Source: Longimicrobiales bacterium
GTDB taxonomy: Bacteria > Gemmatimonadota > Gemmatimonadetes > Longimicrobiales > Gaopeijiaceae
Assembly (NCBI GenBank): GCA_046537985.1
Contig: JBKHJU010000001.1
Span: 1-50,448 of the forward strand
DNA: 50,448 nucleotides
Direction of reading: 5' to 3'
Below the pieces are notes generated by a model. That model was not told the origin of the DNA, ran no database searches, and was given only the letters and a program-made list of their open reading frames with translations. Shown in pieces: positions 33,336-41,151 of the stretch. The position numbers and the translations under genes were made by a program. Within the stretch, counting starts at the first letter, position 1. Every line of letters begins with the position of its first letter.

Positions 33336-34031
33336 TCACGGCAGCCCGGCGCGTCCGAGGGCGTAGGAGGTCGCCGCCACGGTCGCCAGCTTCCCGGCGC
33401 TCCTCCCGAGCTCGGCGAGGAACCCCGGCTCCGCCGCCTCCCTCCACCGGTCCCTGGCCCGCCGCGTTGCCTCCAGCTCCTCGATCAGGGACCGCATCCT
33501 CCCGTCCCGGGCCCGGATCCGGGAGCGGAGGTCGGCGTTGTCCTCCCGGAGGAGCGCCGCCCGGCGCTCGAGGCCCGCCCGGATCCGGGCGGCGGCCGAC
33601 TCCTGGCGGTCGTCGGCCCGCTCCCTCCTCTCCAGCGCGGCGAGGCTCGAGTCCGCCAGCGGCAGAAGGACCTCGGGCCTCACGGGCGCCGCGCTCATGG
33701 CCAGGCGCCGGATATCGTGGAGGTTCCTTTCCAGGTCCGACGACGCCCGGGCCTCGGCACCCGCGGCCTCGCCCTCGTCTCTCCGGGCGATCCGGAGCTC
33801 CCGGCGCAGAGAGTCGGACTCCTCGGCCCGGCGGGTGCTGTCCGTGGCGTAGGTTTCCTCCAAGTCGGCGAGTCGGGCGGAGTCTCGCCTCGCCCGCTCC
33901 ACGGCCCGCTCCGCCCGAGTGTCCGCCTCCCGAGCCCGGCCCACGAGCTCCGCCCGCTCCGAGGCGCCCCAGGCCGCGAGTCCGAGAAGGGACGCGGCGA
34001 GGACCCACCCCCCCACGCAGGCCCACCTCAC
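33336..34031 (-). CDS. Membrane-anchored coiled-coil protein (spanin-like or lysis accessory)
   Basis: N-terminal hydrophobic segment WVLAASLLGLAAW, followed by about 200 aa of heptad-rich sequence. GTGA start. Confidence 0.45.
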   Translation of the reverse strand: MRWACVGGWVLAASLLGLAAWGASERAELVGRAREADTRAERAVERARRDSARLADLEETYATDSTRRAEESDSLRRELRIARRDEGEAAGAEARASSDLERNLHDIRRLAMSAAPVRPEVLLPLADSSLAALERRERADDRQESAAARIRAGLERRAALLREDNADLRSRIRARDGRMRSLIEELEATRRARDRWREAAEPGFLAELGRSAGKLATVAATSYALGRAGLP

Positions 34032-34333
34032 GGATCCAACCCCCGCTCGTCCAGCCTTCCCTCCACGCGGGAGACCCGGTCCCGGACGTCGTCAATCTTC
34101 CGGTGGAGGGCGGCGCGGCTCTCGGAGTTCGAGTCACGCAGCGACTGAAGGCCGTCCTCCAGGTCCCGGCGCAGGCTCGGGAGCTTCTCCTCCTCGATCC
34201 GGGTCAGCTTCTCGTTCTGGTCCGTGTCCGACTCCAGCGCCGATCTCACTCGGCTTTCCAGCCTCGCCCACCCCAGGGCGATGGTGACCACCCACCCGAG
34301 GAGGTAGCCGAGGTCCCTCAGCCCGAGGTCCAC
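34028..34333 (-). CDS. Small TM plus coiled-coil protein (101 aa)
   Basis: LGYLLGWVVTIALGW is a transmembrane segment, then a coiled coil. GTG start 1 nt after the endolysin stop. Confidence 0.4.
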   Translation of the reverse strand: MDLGLRDLGYLLGWVVTIALGWARLESRVRSALESDTDQNEKLTRIEEEKLPSLRRDLEDGLQSLRDSNSESRAALHRKIDDVRDRVSRVEGRLDERGLDP

Positions 34334-34334
34334 G

Positions 34335-34904
34335 CTACTCCCCCATCTCGGGCAGGCCCCGGGACCGGAGGGCCTCGTTCGCCCGGCGGAGAAGGTCGCC
34401 CTCGAGACGGAGCGGGCGTCGGGGAACCGCGAGCTCCACGTGGGGAAGGTCGTCAAAGGACTGGTCGTGGAACTCGTCGTCCATGTCCCAGTCCACCCCG
34501 TGCCGGATCTCCACCCCGTTCTCGTGGGCCAGAGCGGCGAGGGCGCCGTGCATGTAGTAGAACCTTCCGGCGTCCTTCGCGTAGCCCCGAATCGCCCGGC
34601 GGAGCTCCGGGGAGACCTCGGGCATCCGGGGCCACCGAACCGGGTAGGGTGCGGCGTCGACCGCCTGGGCGTGCTCCTCGGGGTCGTACCTCCCCTCGCC
34701 GTCCCGGGGGATGTGCCGGGAGTCCATCGTCCTGGACGCCCCACGGCGAACGTTCCGGACCTGCTGCCGGGGGTCCCTCCCGGCCTCGAGGATGGACACG
34801 TCAAAGAACTGGATCAGCTTCTCGAAGAGGAGGGCCAGTTCCGGGTGCGCCTCCTCGAGCTCGGCCCGCGAGTTACTCCCGTACCGGTAAGGTCCACCGC
34901 TCAC
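34335..34904 (-). CDS. Endolysin, peptidase M15 (VanY / L-Ala-D-Glu peptidase type)
   Basis: SRHIPRDGEG...AVDAAPY and HGVDWDMDDEFHD...PHVEL are M15 zinc-ligand motifs. GTG start preceded by GGGAGG with a 5-nt spacer. Confidence 0.6.
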   Translation of the reverse strand: MSGGPYRYGSNSRAELEEAHPELALLFEKLIQFFDVSILEAGRDPRQQVRNVRRGASRTMDSRHIPRDGEGRYDPEEHAQAVDAAPYPVRWPRMPEVSPELRRAIRGYAKDAGRFYYMHGALAALAHENGVEIRHGVDWDMDDEFHDQSFDDLPHVELAVPRRPLRLEGDLLRRANEALRSRGLPEMGE

Positions 34905-34914
34905 GTCTGCCTCC

Positions 34915-35208
34915 CTACTCGTAGCCGGGCGGGTGCTCTCCCCGCTCCGGGCGGTTGTACGTTCCGTGATAGCTGCGCCGTCCCGGGAGACGCTCCGCCG
35001 CGTTGGGGAGCTGGCTCCCGCCGGCGACGATCCCCAGGAACACGAAGAAACCCCCGAGTCCCCGCTCCAGGATCCGGAGCCATGCGCCGCCCTCCCAGGC
35101 GGCCATGACAAAGACCACCGCGAAGGCTACGAACCCGAGTCCGGTGGACCAGAGGAGGATGGCGTAGGCCCTGCCACCGTCCGACTTCGGTGACCAGAAG
35201 AAACTCAC
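34915..35208 (-). CDS. Holin-like two-TM membrane protein (97 aa)
   Basis: Two hydrophobic helices (AILLWSTGLGFVAFAVVFVMAAW / GGFFVFLGIVAG). NTGA-coupled to the upstream membrane protein. Confidence 0.45.
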   Translation of the reverse strand: MSFFWSPKSDGGRAYAILLWSTGLGFVAFAVVFVMAAWEGGAWLRILERGLGGFFVFLGIVAGGSQLPNAAERLPGRRSYHGTYNRPERGEHPPGYE

Positions 35209-35642
35209 GGGTCCACCAGGCCCTCGTTACCCAGGCTCGGCCTCCCCCCCGTCTCCACCGCGTACAGGACGCGGTCCAGTTTCTCGTCCATGCTTTCCAC
35301 CCGGTCGCACATCCCACCCTCCCGCCGTCCCGTCTGACGGTTCTCGGGTCCGAGGATGACGTCCTCGAGTTTCGCCAGCCTCCTCTCCCGTGAGTCCAGG
35401 AACCGGACCGTCCTCGCCACGACCGAGGCGGACAGCAGGACGATGGCCACGACGATCCCTAGAGGGACCAGAGACTGGTCGTCCAGGACCGGCTGGTCCT
35501 GGAGCCACCAGGTCGCCAGACCGCTCGCCGTGGCCGAGAGAACGACCGAAAATCCGAAGAGTATTTTCACGCCAGTCAACTCCCGGCTTTGGTGGTTCTT
35601 CCCAAATTCCTCCTCGGCCCTGGGGGGCTGGGCCATTCTCAT
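35205..35642 (-). CDS. Holin-like membrane protein (145 aa)
   Basis: Two TM helices then a charged C-terminus. ATG preceded by AGGAGGGAGG with a 6-nt spacer. Confidence 0.45.
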   Translation of the reverse strand: MRMAQPPRAEEEFGKNHQSRELTGVKILFGFSVVLSATASGLATWWLQDQPVLDDQSLVPLGIVVAIVLLSASVVARTVRFLDSRERRLAKLEDVILGPENRQTGRREGGMCDRVESMDEKLDRVLYAVETGGRPSLGNEGLVDP

Positions 35643-35668
35643 GTCGTGCCTCCCTCCTGTCGGAAGGG

Positions 35669-36544
35669 TCAGGACGCCTCGTACTCGTCACCGCCCCAAA
35701 CGCCGTCGCCGGGGGTGAGGCTGGCGACCTCGTTGTCGTCCGGGTCGAGCACCTTGACCGTCGTCGCCGGCAGGGCCCAGCCCTCCGGGTCGATCCTCAC
35801 CTCGCCACCGCTCTCCTCAACCGGCGTGCGCTCGTCGACCTGGATCTTCTCGCCGGTCTCGAGGCCGGTCACGACGATCTCCCGGCCGCACACGAAGAAC
35901 TCGTCAAAGTCTGAGTCTCCGGCGTTCGAGCCGTCCCCGACCTGAAGTCCGTACCAGTCCTGGAGATCGGGCGCGTCGGTGTCCAACACCGAGAGCACGA
36001 ACGTCGGATCGACGTCGAGCGTCTGGAGGTCCGTGATACCTTCGGCGACGAACACCCGGACGCGGTGGTCCGAGCCCTCCTCTTTCACGATGAGGCGAAT
36101 ACCGGCGTTCACGCCGATACCGGGGGCGCTTCCCCCGCTGCCAAGGAGCTCACCGGTGCCGCCCTTGAAGATCCGGTAGCCCTCTCCGGCCTTGACGCTC
36201 AACCCATAGGCGCCGGTGGTGTCGTGCGGGTCGAGTGACGTCGCACCGGCCCGGAGCGTCACGAGGACTTCCTCGCTGTTCCGCACGGCGTTTACCTGGA
36301 CGATGACGTCTCTCTCGCCGAGGCCAAGATTGTTGTACGCCTGGCGTGCTCCGTCCACGGCCCACCGTGCCTCGACCACGTTGGAGGCAATCTGATAGCT
36401 GCCGGGGTCGCTCTCTTCCCACCCGTTATAGCCGTCGAGTTGCTGGTCGGCGGCCGTGAACTGCTCTCGGAAGAACAGACCCTCGGTCGTCCGGGTAATC
36501 TGCAACCCCGAGGCTGCGACCGCCCCCATCAGTCCGGGAAGCAT
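35669..36544 (-). CDS. Hypothetical structural protein (291 aa); tail-fibre-region gene
   Basis: Beta-rich sequence directly downstream of the tail tip module. Confidence 0.45.
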   Translation of the reverse strand: MLPGLMGAVAASGLQITRTTEGLFFREQFTAADQQLDGYNGWEESDPGSYQIASNVVEARWAVDGARQAYNNLGLGERDVIVQVNAVRNSEEVLVTLRAGATSLDPHDTTGAYGLSVKAGEGYRIFKGGTGELLGSGGSAPGIGVNAGIRLIVKEEGSDHRVRVFVAEGITDLQTLDVDPTFVLSVLDTDAPDLQDWYGLQVGDGSNAGDSDFDEFFVCGREIVVTGLETGEKIQVDERTPVEESGGEVRIDPEGWALPATTVKVLDPDDNEVASLTPGDGVWGGDEYEAS

Positions 36545-37114
36545 CTAGGGCTCCAGGTTCCCGAAGACCGACCACGTATCGGTCCCTACCTTGATCAGCC
36601 CGCCCACCGCGTGCTGTCCCGTGGTCGTCAGTTTCGAGCTTTCGGCCTCCAGGGTGACGCCGCTAACCGGCGTGACCGTGACCTTCCCGGCGTCGCCCTG
36701 GCGGAAGAGTATCTGAGTCCCGACCGGAAAGGCCTCGCTCGCGTTCAGCGGGACCGTGAGGGTCGTCGCCGATCCGTGGGAGAGCGTGACGAGCTTCCCG
36801 GCGTCGGCGAGGACGAGGGTGTAGTTCGATCCGCTCTCGTCCTTCTCCGTGACCAGAACGTCGTCGCCGGAATGGGTATGGTCGGAGGGAGGGACCGTCT
36901 CCCAGCCGTCGTTCGCCGCGTTCCTGACATTGATCCGGAGCAGGGTATCAGGCTGGCTCGCCTGGTGCTCGAGCCACCAGAGGCCAGGGAAGACCCCGTC
37001 GTCTCCTCCGACGCCATAGGTGACCGCCGGGTCGGTATCGGAGAGAATGGCGGGGATGTGAATCTCCACCCCCTTCTCCGTTGTCGCAGATACGTCTCGA
37101 TGCAACTTTCCCAT
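36545..37114 (-). CDS. Hypothetical structural protein (189 aa)
   Basis: Lies between the tail tip protein and the 291-aa gene. Confidence 0.45.
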   Translation of the reverse strand: MGKLHRDVSATTEKGVEIHIPAILSDTDPAVTYGVGGDDGVFPGLWWLEHQASQPDTLLRINVRNAANDGWETVPPSDHTHSGDDVLVTEKDESGSNYTLVLADAGKLVTLSHGSATTLTVPLNASEAFPVGTQILFRQGDAGKVTVTPVSGVTLEAESSKLTTTGQHAVGGLIKVGTDTWSVFGNLEP

Positions 37115-37119
37115 GGGCC

Positions 37120-40100
37120 CTACTCGTTCGTTATGGGGTTCAGGTCGTTGTCGAAGACCAGGTTGAGGTCATTCGTGAGGACTAGTCTGTCTAGTGCCCC
37201 AGCCTGAGCCTCGGCGCTGAGGGCGGGTCGCTGCCTCGATATCCTCCTTCGCCGACCCTGGTCTCCGCCGACCGATCCTCCGGAGAACGTCTCCCAGGCC
37301 TCCAGGTCGATCGTGATGTACTGCTCTCGCGAGATGGATAGCTGGATCTCGTAGCTACCGGCCGATGCGTCGGCGTCTGTGAGGAGCGGCAGGTCCGGAT
37401 CCAGGTCTCCCGCGGAGGCGTCGGCGTCGTGCCTGAGAGCCCGGATCCTCACTCCCCCGGTATAGGGGTTCGCCGACCACTCGAGCGTCGCCCTACCGCT
37501 GGACGAAATCGAGAGCGAGACGCTGAGGAAGTCGGGGGTCTCGGTCAACGTCTCGGAGGTCGTGGTGCCCCAGTCGGATGGCTGGTAATCCCGCGCCTCG
37601 GCACGGACCCTCTTCCAGAGGCGGCCGCCGTTCTGAAGCGTCCCCGTGTACAGGCACCCGGGCGCGTCCAGGAAACCCGCGAGCGTCCAGTCGGAGGAGT
37701 CCTCGTCGGGCTCCGGATCGCTCGGTCCGGTTACGGCGTACTCGACTCGGACCCGATACCCCGGGAGGTCGATGACCGGCCATTCGTCCTCGGAGACGCA
37801 GATCTGGAGGCCCTGGGCCTCCGTCTCAGCCGTGGACGTGATCTCTGGGGCCGTTAGCGATGGGGGAGCCCCGGCGTAGATGACCGCGACGAAGCCGTCC
37901 GTGCCCGCGCTCGCGCCACCGGTCGCAGACGCCCCGCCCCCCCCGGCCCCGAAGTCTCCGCCGCCCCGAGCCCCGGGGTTGTCGATCTGGACGGTCCCGT
38001 CGATCTCGCGGAAATACTCTCCGCCGTCCCCGCCGCCGCCGGCCGTGATGCCCCAGTCGTTCAGCGCCGTCTCGCCGCCGCCGGCGCCGGCACTCGTGGT
38101 GTTGCCCGCAACGTCGGCTGTTCCGTTCTCGCCTTCGGCCGCGAGCGAACCACCGCCGCCGCCGCCACCGCTGATCTCGTCGCCGGAGCCGTTGGATCCC
38201 TGACCGTCGCCGCCGTCGTTCCCCTGGCCGCTCTCGCTGCCCCCGCCGACCTGATTCTCCGCCGTACCGCCGGCCATGAATCCGCCGCCGCCACCGCCGC
38301 TTCCGCCAGCGCGCGGCGATCCGTTCGACCCGCCCCCTCGCCCGCCCCCCACGGCGGTCGTCTCGCTCGGTGCTGGGTCGCTGTCGGGGTCCAGGGCGGC
38401 CCCCGTGCTTGGGTCCCTCCAGAGGATCGAGTCCCCCCCGTCAGCCCCGACCGGCCCACCAGAGCCGACCGTGACTGGTATCGACTCGCCCGCCGGGATC
38501 GTGAGCTCTGCGATCTGGACGACGCCACCCGCGCCGGCGCCGCCGCCCACCCAGTCGCCGTTCGAGTCTCCGCCGCCTCCGCCGCCTCCGATCAGGACGA
38601 CCTGAACGGTCAGGTCCTTCGAGCAGGAGTTGACGATGTGGCCGTCCTCGAGGAAGTACCGGAGGCTGGCCCCCGAGGGAGCGGGGAAGAGCGTGCCGCC
38701 GATTGCGGTTCCTCCGGCCAGGCAGTCGACCCCTCCCTCGTCAACGAGGTCGGGGTCTTCGCTGAAGTCCGGGACGTTGCCGTCGACGAGGTACAGCTCC
38801 CGCCTCTCGGTCGAGACGTCCGAGATCCCGTAGATCTGCATATACCTTCGAAGGCCGCGCTTCCCGGTCGCGTACTCCGGGAGCCAGTCGACCGAGACGA
38901 GGAGCCAGTCGCCGATGTGGTGCTGGAGGTTTTCGTCCGTCGCCTGGACGGTCGCGACGTAGGTCGGCGCCCCCCTCTTGAACCTCGGCAGCACGATCCC
39001 GAAGGCCTTCTCGGCCAGGGGCTTGACGGGGTCGTGGTGCCACTCCTCGGAGTAGACCAGGCCGCCGCGGTGCCCCATCGCCCGGACGGTTATCGGGTTG
39101 TAGTCGAGGACCTTCGCCCCGGCGACTGCGTCGTCCGCCTCTTCGGAGAGCGTGACCTCCTCCTCCTCGATTCGGTCCCAGGGGTCGACGGGCTCGTCAT
39201 CGTCCAGGTCGTTAATTGTTCGGTAGACCTCCTCGGAGAGGAGGTGCTCTCGGATGTAGGTGTAGTTGACGCGCCGGATGGCGTTGCCGGTCCCGTGCTC
39301 CCATTCGCCGACGGGCTCGACCGAGTCGGCGTCGAGGACCGGGATCGACTCGGCATTGTTTGGAAGCTCCCAGGATGCCGGGAAGATCCTGTAGTTGTCG
39401 TTGAACGCCGGCGCCCGGAAGGCGACCTTGTAGACGTTCTCCTCGACCCACTTCCTCCTGTCCTTGACCTTCTCCCGAAGGATCATGCGGGCGACTGGCG
39501 ACTCACTCCTGAAGGCAGTCAGCTCCGCCTCGTCGTACCTCTCCCGGGGCGGCGTGTCGGAGTGCTCCCCGTCCACGATCTCCTGGAGCAGGTTCCCGAG
39601 GCTGCCGCCGTCCCAGAAGAAGGGATGCTCGCTCGAGACCTCCTCGGCCAGGACCTGGAACTCGATCTCCTGGCCGGTCGCCGGGATGTCGCTCTCGTCC
39701 AGACTCCCGAACCAGATCGCCTGCTTCGAGACCGCCTGCTCGCCGCCCCCCGGGATCACGTTCGGACCCTGGAGGATGCCCCAGCGGTCGTCCACGACGT
39801 TCCGGTTGCTCCGGGTCGGGAGCGCGGGCATGTCCCGGAGGACCGTCCAGTCGTCGTCGGATCCCTTCGCCCGCCAGCGGATCCGGATCTGCGTGTACTT
39901 CGGGAGGCCGTCCGAGTTGTCGACGATCGGCTCGCCGAGGTCCGGGAGGTCGAGCTTCCTCGTGACCGTCTCGCCGTTGACCTCCACCTCGGTCTCGACC
40001 GTGGCGAAGCCGCCGTAGATCTCGCCACCGAGGTAGGTCAGGTCGGAGAATCTCTTGAAGTGGTCGATCCCGCCGTCGTCCACGGACTCGAACGGCTCGA

Positions 40101-40671
40101 CGGCTTCGAGCATCGGCCTGGCGAGAGAACCGAAGACCGCGCGGATCCCCGGGTGCTCGCCGTAGTCGATCGCGGGACCCCTGGCGCCGTCCTTGCCCCA
40201 GAGGACGAAGTTGCTCGAGAACAGACCGTCGTCCCTCTCGAACTCGCGCCCGTCCCGGATGTTGAGGTCCAGGGCGACGACCTCCGGGGCCAGGCGGTGG
40301 CTCCCCACCGGCCCGTCGAGGATCGTGACCCAGGTTCCCGCGCTCGGGCGGTACCTCCGGAGGATCGCCCGGGCGCCGGTGACCCGGTCCGCCACCGAGG
40401 TGAGGATGCCCGAGTCCTGGTCCCCCTCCGTGAGCCGTTTGTCGAGGAGCCGGACCGACACCACTCCGATCGTGGAGGTGCCGCGGGGAAAGTCCACCTT
40501 CGCCGAAGTGAAGTCCTCCGGCGGGAGGAGGTAGGGACGGTCGTGGGAGAGGACCGGGTCCCGAGTCTGGAAGTCGGACTCGGAGACGACGTCGCCGCTG
40601 GAGAGGGATCCGAAGAACGGCTCCCCGCTCTCGTCCACCAGGGTGAGGTCGTAGACCGCTCGGGTCGCCAT
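37120..40671 (-). CDS. Tail tip / host-specificity protein (1183 aa) with central glycine-rich domain
   Basis: Size and position after the tape measure and distal tail genes, as in the lambda J position. Central 300 aa is G/S/D-rich low complexity. Confidence 0.6.
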   Translation of the reverse strand: MATRAVYDLTLVDESGEPFFGSLSSGDVVSESDFQTRDPVLSHDRPYLLPPEDFTSAKVDFPRGTSTIGVVSVRLLDKRLTEGDQDSGILTSVADRVTGARAILRRYRPSAGTWVTILDGPVGSHRLAPEVVALDLNIRDGREFERDDGLFSSNFVLWGKDGARGPAIDYGEHPGIRAVFGSLARPMLEAVEPFESVDDGGIDHFKRFSDLTYLGGEIYGGFATVETEVEVNGETVTRKLDLPDLGEPIVDNSDGLPKYTQIRIRWRAKGSDDDWTVLRDMPALPTRSNRNVVDDRWGILQGPNVIPGGGEQAVSKQAIWFGSLDESDIPATGQEIEFQVLAEEVSSEHPFFWDGGSLGNLLQEIVDGEHSDTPPRERYDEAELTAFRSESPVARMILREKVKDRRKWVEENVYKVAFRAPAFNDNYRIFPASWELPNNAESIPVLDADSVEPVGEWEHGTGNAIRRVNYTYIREHLLSEEVYRTINDLDDDEPVDPWDRIEEEEVTLSEEADDAVAGAKVLDYNPITVRAMGHRGGLVYSEEWHHDPVKPLAEKAFGIVLPRFKRGAPTYVATVQATDENLQHHIGDWLLVSVDWLPEYATGKRGLRRYMQIYGISDVSTERRELYLVDGNVPDFSEDPDLVDEGGVDCLAGGTAIGGTLFPAPSGASLRYFLEDGHIVNSCSKDLTVQVVLIGGGGGGGDSNGDWVGGGAGAGGVVQIAELTIPAGESIPVTVGSGGPVGADGGDSILWRDPSTGAALDPDSDPAPSETTAVGGGRGGGSNGSPRAGGSGGGGGGFMAGGTAENQVGGGSESGQGNDGGDGQGSNGSGDEISGGGGGGGSLAAEGENGTADVAGNTTSAGAGGGETALNDWGITAGGGGDGGEYFREIDGTVQIDNPGARGGGDFGAGGGGASATGGASAGTDGFVAVIYAGAPPSLTAPEITSTAETEAQGLQICVSEDEWPVIDLPGYRVRVEYAVTGPSDPEPDEDSSDWTLAGFLDAPGCLYTGTLQNGGRLWKRVRAEARDYQPSDWGTTTSETLTETPDFLSVSLSISSSGRATLEWSANPYTGGVRIRALRHDADASAGDLDPDLPLLTDADASAGSYEIQLSISREQYITIDLEAWETFSGGSVGGDQGRRRRISRQRPALSAEAQAGALDRLVLTNDLNLVFDNDLNPITNE

Positions 40672-41150
40672 CAGGTTATCAGCCCGTCGAAGTTACCGCC
40701 GTCCACCCGGCGGAGGATCGGGGTCGCCATCCACTCTCCGAAGCTCCAGCGCAGCGGGTCGGGCTCCACCGGCACGTCTCCGACCTTCCTCTCTCCGGCC
40801 ACCCGGACCAGCTTGGCGTCGTACGTGGCGCCACTCGCGCCCTCGGGACGATAGGTGAGGGTGCGGTCGTTCCAGCGGGCCTCCTTCAGCATGGTCCGGA
40901 GTAGGTCCGGCTGGTCGTCGAACCGGATCTGAGCCCGGACCACGTCCGTCTCGCTCCCGATCTGGTACTGTTCCCGGGCGGTCCGGTCGGCGTTCCACAG
41001 CTCGAAGAGGCGCGCCTCGAGGGTGGCCGAGAACTCGTACTGAGGGGAGATGATGAGCGGGATGGCCAGAAGAAACTGGGTCTCCGTGCCCCCGAGAGGG
41101 GTGTACAGAAAGTCCGCCGATCCGCCCAGGTAGTGCGAGCTCGCCACGGC
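40671..41150 (-). CDS. Distal tail protein-like (160 aa)
   Basis: GTG preceded by GAGGAGAGGAG. Sits between the tape measure and tip proteins. The listed ORF extends spuriously to 41213. Confidence 0.4.
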   Translation of the reverse strand, partial: AVASSHYLGGSADFLYTPLGGTETQFLLAIPLIISPQYEFSATLEARLFELWNADRTAREQYQIGSETDVVRAQIRFDDQPDLLRTMLKEARWNDRTLTYRPEGASGATYDAKLVRVAGERKVGDVPVEPDPLRWSFGEWMATPILRRVDGGNFDGLIT

Positions 41151-41151
41151 T

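Noticed and set aside
34028-34804. 258-aa ORF overlapping the endolysin gene
   Set aside because: Most of it is an alternative frame of the M15 endolysin (S/T/P/G/R-rich). Only the last 101 aa downstream of the endolysin stop were retained.
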